Positions 54,520-64,000 of a stretch of 64,000 nt of DNA are shown one piece after another. The position numbers were made by a program, and so were the translations under genes. Within the stretch, counting starts at the first letter, position 1. The number at the start of each line of letters is the position of its first letter. The notes under the pieces were generated by a model. The model searched no databases. It worked only from the letters and a program-made list of their open reading frames with translations, and had not been told where the DNA came from. The DNA comes from a virus: positions 1-64,000 of the IMG/VR virus record IMGVR_UViG_3300041956_000313. One strand, given 5' to 3'.

Positions 54520-55695
54520 ATGGCAGACAGTTCACGCGTCCAGCTGGCTTACGTCAAAGAGTCGACACTGGGCGTCACACCGGCAAGTGCATTGAAGGCT
54601 TTGCGATACACGCGTGAGACACTGGGCCGTCGTTTCGAGTCGGTTCAGTCTGACGAGGTTCGTGAAGATCGTCAGGTGGTAGACATCACACGTGTTGGTG
54701 CGAACGCTCAGGGCGGTATCGAGATTGAAATCTCGCACACTACCTACAATGAGTTCCTCGAGGCTGCGCTCGGGAATCTGATGAGCGCCCCGGTGGAAGT
54801 GATTGCAACTGACATCGCTGCGAACGGTGGCGGTACACAGACACTCACGCGTCCTGCTAGCATGCCGATTTATCAGGTCGGACAGTTCGTGTGGGTGTCG
54901 GGTTTCTCGAACGCTGCGAATAACGGCTACTTTGAAGTCGAGACGTCGAGTGGCACGACTCTCAAGCTGAAGAACGGTCGCGTTGCGCTCGTCAACGAGT
55001 CTGCCGGCCAGAGCGTGAAGATTTCGGCGTCATCAATCGTCAATGGCTCGACGCCGATGTCATTCACGATCGAGAAGAAGTTTGCTGACCTCAACGGTGG
55101 GTCCGGCATATTCTACCCGTTTACGGGCATGCGCCTGAACACGTTCGAGATGCGCATTGCTTCGCGCGCTAAGGTCACAGGCAGCATGGACTTCTTCGGT
55201 GGCGGCGGCCGGCTGCTGACTGCGACAGTCGGCACAGGCGCCTACACTGCTGCCACGACTACTTCGACGCTGAACGCATCAAACAACGTCGGACAAGTAC
55301 TTGAGAATGGTTCGTCACTAGGCGCCGGAGCCTTCGTGAAACAGATGACTATTCGCATTGCCAACAACCTGCGTCCGCAAGATGCGGTAGGTAGTGTGAA
55401 TCCGATCGGCATCGGTTACGGCAGTCTCGTCATCACAGGAACGATGCAGATTTATTTCGTCAGTGAAGCGCTGTTCAACCGGTTCCTCGATGACATCGAT
55501 TCGAGCTTTGCTCTGGTCATCGGCTCGGGCGGCACTGAGAACGACGCCTATGCGATCACGATGCCCAAGATAGAGTTCACGAACGGTGACGTGCTGGGAA
55601 CGGGCAACAACGACGACGTTCTCTGTAACATGGAGTATCAGGCGAAGTTGTCACCCACGCACGGCTACTCGATGAGGATCGACAGTTTTTCGTGA
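54520..55695 (+). CDS. major tail tube protein
   Basis: QLAYVKEST.GVTP, SDEVR.DR, SFTIEK.F.D, ITGT..YF. Confidence 0.88.
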   Translation: MADSSRVQLAYVKESTLGVTPASALKALRYTRETLGRRFESVQSDEVREDRQVVDITRVGANAQGGIEIEISHTTYNEFLEAALGNLMSAPVEVIATDIAANGGGTQTLTRPASMPIYQVGQFVWVSGFSNAANNGYFEVETSSGTTLKLKNGRVALVNESAGQSVKISASSIVNGSTPMSFTIEKKFADLNGGSGIFYPFTGMRLNTFEMRIASRAKVTGSMDFFGGGGRLLTATVGTGAYTAATTTSTLNASNNVGQVLENGSSLGAGAFVKQMTIRIANNLRPQDAVGSVNPIGIGYGSLVITGTMQIYFVSEALFNRFLDDIDSSFALVIGSGGTENDAYAITMPKIEFTNGDVLGTGNNDDVLCNMEYQAKLSPTHGYSMRIDSFS

Positions 55696-55790
55696 GGCTG
55701 TGTTGGCGTAAACCGACTGTGCCTTTTCGTGTTGCAGTTTTCACGGACAGCGTGGAGTGCCTCCTCACGACTGACGGGTACAGTCTTTTC

Positions 55791-55823
55791 AAGGGCAGTC
55801 TGCAATCGGACTGCCCTTCTTTT
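55791..55823 (+). terminator. intrinsic terminator after the tail tube gene
   Basis: AAGGGCAGTCTG-CAAT-CGGACTGCCCTT followed by CTTTT. Confidence 0.8.
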
Positions 55824-55840
55824 CAAACAGGAGAAGTCAG

Positions 55841-56095
55841 ATGACGACACGAGTGAAGGTGTCTGCGGATCACGTCGACTCACGCGTTGCAGTTCGTGTG
55901 CGTTCCGTGAGTCGCAATCACAGTCAGGTGTACAGTGAGCAAGTCATTCGCACGGACGAGCCCGATGTGACTTTCGAAGTGCACAGCGGTGCCGTCCTCA
56001 TCGTCGATGAGGTGCCGATTGAGTCGGTGCCCGTGAAGACGAAGGAACAGACTGCGGAGGATGCAAAGCGCGCGCGCAAGAATCTCGGCGTCTGA
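55841..56095 (+). CDS. hypothetical protein
   Basis: ACAGGAG RBS. Confidence 0.6.
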   Translation: MTTRVKVSADHVDSRVAVRVRSVSRNHSQVYSEQVIRTDEPDVTFEVHSGAVLIVDEVPIESVPVKTKEQTAEDAKRARKNLGV

Positions 56096-56118
56096 GGTTT
56101 CTACAACACAAAAAGTGA

Positions 56119-56568
56119 GTGAGGCATGACATGGAACTGATGAATTACGCGATTGACACGAAGAAACAGGTGGAGGGCTCGTGGGTGATGCTCAGCCCCG
56201 GCACGGAGTTTCTTCTCGGCCGCATGAACTCCGAGCACTGGTTCATGACCCTCGACAGAATCCGTGACCCACACATCAAGCAACTGCCGCGCGGCGTCGC
56301 GTTGCCTGAGGAGAAGGGTGCGGAGCTGTTCAACGAGGCACTCGTCGAGTGCATTCTGTTGGGCTGGCGCGGCAAGTTCACGCTCAATGGCAAAGAGATG
56401 CCTGAGTACTCAAAAGAGCTTGCGCTGAGGATTCTCAACACGAAAGAACTCGCACCCTTCCGAGCAATGATCGTCGAGCAATCAGCGATGCTGAACAATT
56501 TCGCGCTCGATGATTTCGAGTACCTGGAGGGAAACTTGTTGAGCTCATCCGGTTCGACGCCTCAATAA
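56119..56568 (+). CDS. tail assembly chaperone (gpG-like)
   Basis: position; EG.W, ILLGW.G, YS.E.A; slippery site near the 3' end. Confidence 0.8.
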   Translation: MRHDMELMNYAIDTKKQVEGSWVMLSPGTEFLLGRMNSEHWFMTLDRIRDPHIKQLPRGVALPEEKGAELFNEALVECILLGWRGKFTLNGKEMPEYSKELALRILNTKELAPFRAMIVEQSAMLNNFALDDFEYLEGNLLSSSGSTPQ

Positions 56569-56891
56569 CGGATGAGCTCAGAGACATTTACCTAGCTGAT
56601 GAAGAAGAGTCACCGGGCTCGTCACCGCTGTCAAACAGACCACGTAAAGAGGCCGATGTCGAAGATTTGTGTGCGCAGTTTTACGACCTGATGAATCTGA
56701 GGTCGGGAGACTCGTGGATAACACTGCACGACATCAAGGCTTATATGGAGCTGTACTCAGCTAGACACCCCGAAGACTTTCCCCGCCTGATGTTGAGCGC
56801 GCAACGCGCTCATGTGAGAGCCAAAGCTGCCGCGAAGCAGAAGCTGCAAGCAGCACAGGAACGTGCCAACGCTCTGAAACGAGAGCGTTAG
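56529..56891 (+). CDS. gpT-like extension reached by -1 frameshift at G GGA AAC
   Basis: XXXYYYZ heptamer 56529-56535 in the correct phase; -1 frame open to 56891. Confidence 0.8.
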   Translation, partial: GKLVELIRFDASITDELRDIYLADEEESPGSSPLSNRPRKEADVEDLCAQFYDLMNLRSGDSWITLHDIKAYMELYSARHPEDFPRLMLSAQRAHVRAKAAAKQKLQAAQERANALKRER

Positions 56892-57005
56892 TTGCGTAAA
56901 GCCGCGTGCCATGGATGGTGCGCGGCGATCTTGATGCTAGTGCGGCATGCACACGGCTCACCTCACGATCGCCGCTCATAGCCCGTTACCTTTTGAGGTG
57001 TAGTG

Positions 57006-59171
57006 ATGTCTGCACAGTCCGGTATTGCAATCAACGTTGACCCGCGTCCGGCTCAGTCTGGTGCGGCGCAAGTCAACCGCGCCATATTGTCGATTCGAGA
57101 CAATGTGGTTGGTCTGCGGCAAGACATCGACCGTCAATCGCGGCAGATGCGAGAAGACTTTCAGCAGATGGCCACGACTGTTAATCAGTCAGCCAATCAG
57201 ACCACGGCTGCTCTGCAGAGAAACACGGCCGGTATCAATTCGGTGATGGGCAGCTGGCGGCAACTTCGCAGCGTCATACCTATTGCAATCATCGCCGGAC
57301 TCACGCGCGAGCTCATCCAGCAAGCAGATGCTTACACGAAAGTTCAGTCACAGTTGCGACTGGTAGTAGAAGACCAGAGGCAGCTTGCTGCAGTCTCAGA
57401 TTCGGTTTACAGGATTGCGCAGGACACACGCAGTGCGTTAGGTCCGACTGCGGAACTATATGCGCGTCTGTCACGCTCGACACGTGATCTAGGACTAGAA
57501 CAGCAGCGTGTTGCAAACCTGACGACAACGATCAACCAAGCCATTCAAGTCGGTGGCTCGACGGCGAATGAGGCAGCCTTCGGCGTCATTCAGTTTGGTC
57601 AGGCACTCGCGTCAGGTGCACTGCGCGGTGACGAACTTCGGTCGGTGATGGAACAGATGCCTCGCCTGTCGCGCGCGATTGCCGAAGGCATGGGTGTAAG
57701 TATCGGTGAGCTGCGCAGGCTGGGTGAGGCCGGTGAGCTCACGACTGGCAGACTGATTGCTGCCCTTGAAGATGCAGCACCGAAGATCGCGGCTGAATAT
57801 TCAAAGATGACGCCGACGATTGGCTCTGCCTTTACGGTGCTCGGCAATTCGGTGACGCGGTTCATAGGCGAGCTGAATCGTGCAACCGGAGCAGGCGGGC
57901 GATTCAGTGAGATGCTCACGGGCGCTGCCAGTGGCGTCGACAAGATGACTGAAGGCATCAAGGGCGTGAATGTCGAGATGGTTCGGTACAACGCCAACCT
58001 TGAGAAATCGAAAGAGTTTTGGTCGTCGGGAGGAATCACCGGACTCATACCTGGAGCCTTCAAAGTAGGGCAGAGTATAGGTGACTCTATTTCGGGTGCG
58101 CTTCAGGGCCCCGGCCCACCGTTAGGCGGCCCGCTTGCTGATCCTGTGAGCGCAGCTCTGCGCGGCCGCGGAGCTTCATTGCTGCAGCCGATAGACACAC
58201 GTGCGATTGGGCAGACTGCGCGCATTCCGTCAATGAACTTGCTGACGGCCGAAGACCTGCGACGTCTGCGTGAGAGGCAGGAAGAGGAAGACTTCGAGAA
58301 CTTCATCAGCAATGTCGGGCGCAATTCAGCGGCGCAACGTCGTGCCGGCATCGGTACGAACGTCGGTCGGACAATCAACCCTGACGACACCACTCGAATT
58401 CGTTCAAGCACGGGTGGTGCGAAAGAGATTTTTGACGAAAGCATCGTCAAGAGAGTTGACGAGACGGTGCGCAGCACCGAGGAGAACATCCGGAACATTG
58501 AGCACACCACCGAGACGTCTGCGGAGTCTATGCGCAATCACTATGCGCAGTTCTTCGATTACGCGAAGTTTGCATTTGACGAGCTCGACAATAGCAGCAG
58601 CACGTTCATGACGAGCTTCTCGGAAGGCTTCGCGCAAATGGTTGCGTCCGGCAAGTTTGATTTCCGCAGTCTGGCGCAGGCAATCATCGCAGACCTCATC
58701 CGGATTCAAGTGCGTGCCATTGTCGTGCGCACTATCTTGTCTTTCTTCGGCGGCAGTTCTGGTGCAACGAGTGCAACGAGTCTGAGTGGGTCGTCCGGAG
58801 TCGGTGCGTTGAATGGCTCGACCGTTGGGTATGCTGCGCGCGGCTCCAGCTCATTGCGTGAAAACACGATCGTAGGTGAAGAGGGCATGGAATTGCTGCA
58901 GTCAAGGAACAATGCCGGCGCGCGCATCATGAACAACCGGGACACACAGCGTCTTTTGCGTGACATGAATGGCCGTCGTGTCGACGTCGAGTCAGGCAGC
59001 AGCGGAAGCGGTGGTGGCAACACCTACATTTCAATTGAGCAGACTAATCAAATCAGCACTGTGGGTGTCACTTCCGATGAGCTCGATGCGAAGTTGGGTT
59101 ACACGACACAGCAAGCTGTGAAGGCCGCTGTCGCTAAGGTCCAGGTGCTGAACTTGAACGGTCGTCTGTAA
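57006..59171 (+). CDS. tape measure protein
   Basis: AD.YT...L, AELYARL, IQFGQALASG.LRGDELRSVMEQMP. Confidence 0.93.
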   Translation: MSAQSGIAINVDPRPAQSGAAQVNRAILSIRDNVVGLRQDIDRQSRQMREDFQQMATTVNQSANQTTAALQRNTAGINSVMGSWRQLRSVIPIAIIAGLTRELIQQADAYTKVQSQLRLVVEDQRQLAAVSDSVYRIAQDTRSALGPTAELYARLSRSTRDLGLEQQRVANLTTTINQAIQVGGSTANEAAFGVIQFGQALASGALRGDELRSVMEQMPRLSRAIAEGMGVSIGELRRLGEAGELTTGRLIAALEDAAPKIAAEYSKMTPTIGSAFTVLGNSVTRFIGELNRATGAGGRFSEMLTGAASGVDKMTEGIKGVNVEMVRYNANLEKSKEFWSSGGITGLIPGAFKVGQSIGDSISGALQGPGPPLGGPLADPVSAALRGRGASLLQPIDTRAIGQTARIPSMNLLTAEDLRRLRERQEEEDFENFISNVGRNSAAQRRAGIGTNVGRTINPDDTTRIRSSTGGAKEIFDESIVKRVDETVRSTEENIRNIEHTTETSAESMRNHYAQFFDYAKFAFDELDNSSSTFMTSFSEGFAQMVASGKFDFRSLAQAIIADLIRIQVRAIVVRTILSFFGGSSGATSATSLSGSSGVGALNGSTVGYAARGSSSLRENTIVGEEGMELLQSRNNAGARIMNNRDTQRLLRDMNGRRVDVESGSSGSGGGNTYISIEQTNQISTVGVTSDELDAKLGYTTQQAVKAAVAKVQVLNLNGRL

Positions 59172-59181
59172 GGGGTAGAGC

Positions 59182-60177
59182 ATGAGTGTTTTTCATTGGC
59201 CTGCGTCCGTTCTTCCCAAAACTACTGATTGGTGGTACGACTCGCCCAGCAGGCCGGCCATATCGCCGTTCGATGGCGACTTGACGATTGTGGGAAGGCC
59301 GACTGACAGATGGATGTGTGAGGCGACGTTTGACCCGATCTTTGACGACAGACGGCAAGACCTGATTGCGTTCGGTTTGCGTCTTCGACATCAGTACAAC
59401 CAGTTTACGCTGCCGCCTCACTTCTATCGTCGCATGGGCTCTTTTGCTCCGGCCAACGTCGCACCGAATGGTGGGCTGTTCGCGCAGATAGGTCCGTGGA
59501 CAGGAGCGTCTGCGAATGCGTTCATTGACAGTCGCACACTGTGCGTCCGAAACACCGGAGCGGCCGCAGGACAAGCGCGCTCTGGCGCGATCACAGTAAC
59601 GGCCGACCTGTCCTACGCACTGCGGATTGAATGCATGCGGGGCAAGGCCTCGACGTTTCGTGTGATGGTAGGCACCGCTGCCGGTGGCTCGACGCTGCTC
59701 GACTCCGGATCGATAGGCGAGGGCGTCTACACAGGAAGGTTTACGTCGACGTCGACGACAACCATTCACGTCACTCTCGTGTGTAACACATCAACGACCA
59801 GTGACTTCGTTTTCTTCGATCAGCTCGTGATTGAGAGATGCGGCCGCATAGCCACGCCGCTGTACACGACACCGCGTGACAACGTCGTCATTTCTGACTT
59901 GCCTGCAACGCAATTCGGTTTGCTGCAGAAGGCGGACATGATCGAAGTGAACGGCGAGCTCAAAGGCTTGCTACACGGACTCAACACTCTAGGTGATGGC
60001 ACCGGGTACGTGACTTTCAATCCTCCTACCAGAGTCGCTATTCCGGAGAACTCGCCGGTGGTCATCGGGTCGCCTCGAGGCCGCTTCTTCATGCGTGAGG
60101 ATCCTATGAGATTCAAAACGCAAGGCTTTTTCTCGTCTTCGTTTTCCGTGTCTCTGATTGAGGACATATCGACATGA
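59182..60177 (+). CDS. distal tail (Dit)-like protein with carbohydrate-binding-like insertion
   Basis: after TMP; SPF.G......RW N-terminus; central beta-rich insert starting NVAPNG. Confidence 0.65.
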   Translation: MSVFHWPASVLPKTTDWWYDSPSRPAISPFDGDLTIVGRPTDRWMCEATFDPIFDDRRQDLIAFGLRLRHQYNQFTLPPHFYRRMGSFAPANVAPNGGLFAQIGPWTGASANAFIDSRTLCVRNTGAAAGQARSGAITVTADLSYALRIECMRGKASTFRVMVGTAAGGSTLLDSGSIGEGVYTGRFTSTSTTTIHVTLVCNTSTTSDFVFFDQLVIERCGRIATPLYTTPRDNVVISDLPATQFGLLQKADMIEVNGELKGLLHGLNTLGDGTGYVTFNPPTRVAIPENSPVVIGSPRGRFFMREDPMRFKTQGFFSSSFSVSLIEDIST

Positions 60178-60797
60178 GGACAATGGCATCAGGGCAGTTA
60201 ACTGCTCTAGAAAAGAAAGTAGTTCCGCAACTGTTCTTCATGCGGATCGACTTGCTCGACAACCCCATCTATGTGCACAACGGTGCTACCAAAATCACGT
60301 TTGACAGCAAGACGTGGATTGGCATCTATGACTTTGCGATGATGGACGTGATTGAGGAGCAGTTAGAGAATCGCCCCTCTGACATTCGAGTGGGAATCAG
60401 AAAGATTCCCAAGTTGCTGATTGACCCGGTGATCATCAAGAAGAATCACGGGCGTCCTGCATTTCTATACCACTCAGTAGCCGACTTTCTAGGTCAACCG
60501 GTTGACACACCGACTGAGGTGTGGCGAGGCACAGTCGACTACCCGAATCTGATCATCGAGGACGATGGAGTGCAGTACTTCATCGTTCTGAAGAACGTCG
60601 CTAATAACTGGAATCGCGCGAAAACCAGAAGAATCACGGATGCTGAGCAGCAGCGTCGTTTTCCCGGAGACACAGCCTACAAACGGCTGCCAGGACTCGA
60701 AGACAAGAAAATCTTGTGGGGTCCGGACCCGAACAAAGAGACAGCAGTGCCTCCTCCGCGCGACAACACACCGCGTTATCGCAATCGCGTGAACTGA
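60174..60797 (+). CDS. minor tail/baseplate protein
   Basis: RRITDAEQQRRFPGD...L.DK.I.WG. Confidence 0.75.
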   Translation: MRTMASGQLTALEKKVVPQLFFMRIDLLDNPIYVHNGATKITFDSKTWIGIYDFAMMDVIEEQLENRPSDIRVGIRKIPKLLIDPVIIKKNHGRPAFLYHSVADFLGQPVDTPTEVWRGTVDYPNLIIEDDGVQYFIVLKNVANNWNRAKTRRITDAEQQRRFPGDTAYKRLPGLEDKKILWGPDPNKETAVPPPRDNTPRYRNRVN

Positions 60798-60807
60798 GGA
60801 AAGACAG

Positions 60808-61227
60808 ATGGAAAGGGTGAGACTCACTGAGCGCGCCATGATTATTACGTCGGCGCTCAACTACATGCGCGATCGTCCCTTCAAGTACGGTGAGTTTGAC
60901 TGTCACATTTTCGCGGCTGACATCGTCAGGATGTACACATTCGTCGATTATGCTGAGTCGTTCCGTGGCAAGTATCACGATGAGAAGTCTGCTTACAAAA
61001 TAGTCACGCAAAACGGTGGACCGGCCGAGTTCGTCAGCAAGGTACTGGGCAAAGAGTCGCGTGCATCGTTCATGGCGCATGTCGGTGACGTCGTGGCGTA
61101 TCGGGTCGAAGATCGCAAGATAATGATTGGTGTTTGTGTTGGTGCACGAGCAGTGTTTCTGAATCAGCGGGGCGGCTTCGAGTTCCGTGAACTGGGTGAG
61201 TGCTTGTGCTCATGGGAGATTGAATAA
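60808..61227 (+). CDS. NlpC/P60-like tail assembly protein
   Basis: PFKYGEFDC.IFAAD, GDVV, GVCVG. Confidence 0.75.
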   Translation: MERVRLTERAMIITSALNYMRDRPFKYGEFDCHIFAADIVRMYTFVDYAESFRGKYHDEKSAYKIVTQNGGPAEFVSKVLGKESRASFMAHVGDVVAYRVEDRKIMIGVCVGARAVFLNQRGGFEFRELGECLCSWEIE

Positions 61228-61228
61228 C

Positions 61229-64000
61229 ATGCCTGCTGCAATTGCCTACGTCGCTCAAGCCATAGCGACGTATTTCACGGCAAACTCGTTGGTCGTCGCG
61301 GTCATTCAGGTTGCGATTTACGCAGCACTTGCCGTGGGCGTGTCAAAGGTACTGTCGGAGAAACCGAAGTTCGGAGACGGCTTCAACTCGGAAGCCGGAC
61401 AAATGGTTGTGTCACGCGGCTCAGTGAACACCGACAGTATTGCTTATGGCCAGACCCGCAAGGGTGGAACGTTGATGTTCCTTGACGTTTCAGGTGAAGA
61501 GAACGCGCATTTGTGGCAGGCGGTTCATGTCATAGGGCATGAGGTTGATTCTGTACAAGCGTTCTATCTAGACGATATAGAGATTCCGGTTGCATCGATC
61601 ACGCCAGGAGGCGGCGTGGTCACTGCCGGTAAGTATGAGGACCGGGTGTATATTTGGTGGCATCTAGGCACCGACACACAGATGGCCGACGCGGCACTGA
61701 TGGCGAACTTTCCTGATGACTGGACTGCGAGTGACCGAGCGAGAGGAAACTTTTACTTTGTCATTGCGATGACTCGTGATGGAAGCAACGCGGACGACCC
61801 CAAAGTATTTCCGACTGGTGCACCGTCTGCTGTGACAGTAGTGTTCAAGGGCTCAAAGGTCTACGATCCTCGTCTCGACAGCACGGTGGGTGGCTCGGGT
61901 TCGCACAGGCAGGCAATTAAGTCAACGTGGCAGTGGTCGGACAATGTGCCGTTGTGCACGCGGGATTACATCTGTCGCGGCAACAGCGTTAATCCGTTCG
62001 AGTCTGGTTACGCTGAAGAGTATTTAACCATCAACTTGTCGGAGCTCGCCGCTGCTGCGAACAGAGCAGATGCGACCATAGAATTTCCTGGAGATGTCTT
62101 TCTCAAGCAGTACACGTGCAATGGGTTGTTATCAACTGCTGATACGCTTTCGGCGAACCTAGAAATACTCGAAGAGGCGATGTCGGGCAAAGCATTCTAT
62201 GCACAGGGTCAGTGGCATATTTTTGCGGGCGGTTACGATGTGCCTACTGTGATCATCCGGGGCCGTGACTTTGCAGGGCAAGTGTCGTTCATGCCCGAGG
62301 CACCGCACGACAAGCGATACAACGAGGTGCGCGCGATCTATCAGAACGCCGTGCAGTTGTGGCGTGATATCGAGTGTCTAGCGAGACAGAATCTCGACTA
62401 TCAAGAGGACGATGGCGAGTATTTGCCGTTGACGATCAAGTCCAAACTGACGACTCACGAATACACGGCTCAATATCTGAGCTTCATACGTCTGCAGAAA
62501 ACGCGAAACATGCAGGCGTTCTCTGCTGACATGAAGCCGCGTCTGCTTCAGATTCGACCGTGGGACACGGTCATGCTTGATGTGCCGGAGCTGCTTTGGG
62601 ACATGGATGTGTTTCGTGTGCAGAATTTCAAGATCAGCAGTGAGACAGGACTGCCTGAAGTTCTCTTCAAAGAAGAGCGGAGTGAGCTTTGGGAATGGGA
62701 TCCGGAAAACGCTACTGAGCGTGAATTTCCTGACGCAACCACTCCGCCGTTAGAACTGCCACCGGCCCCGACTAACCTGTCTGTTGCGTCACAGCCAGAC
62801 AATATTCACTTGAAGTGGACGAACCCTGCACTGTCGTCATTCGAGTACATTGAGGTATGGCGCTCGACCGCTGCGCAGAACTTTTCGAACGCAACGAAGA
62901 TCGCACGCGGTGTGTTCGATTCCTACAATGATGCACAGACGGCCGCGGCCGGACAGTTTCGATACTGGGTCGTTGCAAGAAACAGGTATGGTGGTTCGTC
63001 AGCACGCGAGCCGAATGACAACTCTGGCAAGCTAGGGCAAGCGACGTCCATCGTTCCTACGATGACACTCGTGCCAAGAGGGCAGTGTGTTGCCACGTCT
63101 TCGAGCATCGAAAAGGTCGGTGGCAGCTCCGCGTGGGACTCCGACTGCTACTCACTTGAGACGTTCAGCAACGGCGTTATCTTGACTTGGAAGGCTGCGC
63201 AGACAAACAAAAACATCATCATGGGTCTGAACTCGGACCCGACGACAAATCAGAGTTACACGTCGATTGACTACGCAATGCAGATGCGTGCTGATGGACT
63301 TGTTGACATATACGAGTCCGGAGTATTGGTGGGCTCGGCAGGCTCGTACACAACGAATTCGCAGTTCGCAATAATCTTCGACCAGACGACTTTGCGTTAC
63401 ATGATAGATGGTGTCATCAAACGTGCTGTCTTCTTGATCGGTCCGCGTACGTTGTTCCTTGACAGCTCGTTCAACGATCCAGGCGGCAAAGTTCTCAGTG
63501 TGAACATGGCGCCGACGTCACCGACTCCGGTAGCGGCGTTTCAGCTTATCGCGCGCGGCAATTGTCAGTATCAGAACGGCATGATTCAGAAGGTGGGCGG
63601 GAGCGGAGCATGGAATTCTGATTGCTACTCGCCGCAGTTGTTCAATGCGTGCTCGCTCAAGTTCCGGTTCCCACAGCATCCGAGCATAGCCAACTGTCTC
63701 ATCGGGCTCAACTCGGATCCCACCACGGATCAGAATTACACGTCACTAGACTATGCATTCGAGCTCTATACAGCAGACGGCACGAATTACAGCTATTACA
63801 TCTATGAAAGTGGTGTCAACGTAGTGGGGTCGACTGCGGCCTCTGCAAACGACAGATACGAAGTCAGATACGACGGGCAGTGGGTGAGGTACTACCGGAA
63901 CAACACGGTTGTGCGTCAAGTGTTTGACCCCGGCCGTCAGTTTGCTATGGACTCGTCGTTTTTCGAGCCGGGCACGACGGTCGTCGATGTTGAGTTTGGC
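61229..64000 (+). CDS. tail tip / host-specificity protein (runs off the window; absent from the ORF track)
   Basis: IAYG.TR.GG, KG.KVYDPR.D...G.GSHR...TW.WSDN, YTCNG, FN3-like segment, two C-terminal repeated domains. Confidence 0.88.
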   Translation, partial: MPAAIAYVAQAIATYFTANSLVVAVIQVAIYAALAVGVSKVLSEKPKFGDGFNSEAGQMVVSRGSVNTDSIAYGQTRKGGTLMFLDVSGEENAHLWQAVHVIGHEVDSVQAFYLDDIEIPVASITPGGGVVTAGKYEDRVYIWWHLGTDTQMADAALMANFPDDWTASDRARGNFYFVIAMTRDGSNADDPKVFPTGAPSAVTVVFKGSKVYDPRLDSTVGGSGSHRQAIKSTWQWSDNVPLCTRDYICRGNSVNPFESGYAEEYLTINLSELAAAANRADATIEFPGDVFLKQYTCNGLLSTADTLSANLEILEEAMSGKAFYAQGQWHIFAGGYDVPTVIIRGRDFAGQVSFMPEAPHDKRYNEVRAIYQNAVQLWRDIECLARQNLDYQEDDGEYLPLTIKSKLTTHEYTAQYLSFIRLQKTRNMQAFSADMKPRLLQIRPWDTVMLDVPELLWDMDVFRVQNFKISSETGLPEVLFKEERSELWEWDPENATEREFPDATTPPLELPPAPTNLSVASQPDNIHLKWTNPALSSFEYIEVWRSTAAQNFSNATKIARGVFDSYNDAQTAAAGQFRYWVVARNRYGGSSAREPNDNSGKLGQATSIVPTMTLVPRGQCVATSSSIEKVGGSSAWDSDCYSLETFSNGVILTWKAAQTNKNIIMGLNSDPTTNQSYTSIDYAMQMRADGLVDIYESGVLVGSAGSYTTNSQFAIIFDQTTLRYMIDGVIKRAVFLIGPRTLFLDSSFNDPGGKVLSVNMAPTSPTPVAAFQLIARGNCQYQNGMIQKVGGSGAWNSDCYSPQLFNACSLKFRFPQHPSIANCLIGLNSDPTTDQNYTSLDYAFELYTADGTNYSYYIYESGVNVVGSTAASANDRYEVRYDGQWVRYYRNNTVVRQVFDPGRQFAMDSSFFEPGTTVVDVEFG
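63068..64000 (+). repeat. tandem ~159-aa domain duplication in the tail-tip protein
   Basis: KVGGS.AW.SDCYS, GLNSDPTT.Q.YTS.DYA, IYESGV, DSSF.(D/E)PG occur twice, 477 nt apart. Confidence 0.85.

Noticed and set aside
63068-64000. Diversity-generating retroelement TR/VR pair
   Set aside because: Differences are not adenine-specific, both copies are in one ORF, and no reverse transcriptase is in the window
1-64000. Impression that CTAG is unusually frequent
   Set aside because: Cannot be quantified by eye; needs a tetranucleotide observed/expected calculation

Overview
The whole window is a segment of a tailed dsDNA phage (siphovirus-type morphogenesis, almost entirely + strand; no integrase, lysis cassette, tRNA or CRISPR array seen). 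1-20.5 kb is a replication/recombination/DNA-modification operon: SNF2 helicase end, PRTase, primase, sigma-like factor, queD, folE, DpdA-like transglycosylase, beta-clamp-like protein, a UDG-fused family A polymerase split into two separate genes, DnaX clamp loader, gp32-like SSB, RecA, RuvC-like resolvase, SbcD/SbcC and an Ntn-protease. 21.3-21.7 kb is an AT-rich, quasi-palindromic divergent control region. 21.7-45.9 kb is an accessory region of many small ORFs, including a terS-like gene, two secreted FN3 proteins, a lipoprotein, PhaR-like + csrA, an RMF-like ORF, a second TGT-fold gene, queF and two strongly structured intergenic RNAs. 45.9-64 kb is terL, portal, head, tail, tape measure and a truncated tail-tip gene. 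Best leads: (1) a short basic [KT]-[LI]-x-x-R-P-R tag on the termini of about a dozen unrelated proteins, alongside a very acidic scaffold-like protein; (2) the intein- and intron-free split PolA; (3) a phage CsrA/PhaR-like pair, with CANGGANG hairpins in the late-operon spacers; (4) a preQ1-type 7-deazaguanine pathway with two transglycosylase-like genes and a CxxCxxCC protein coupled to queF. All calls come from reading motifs by eye; no database search or folding program was run.
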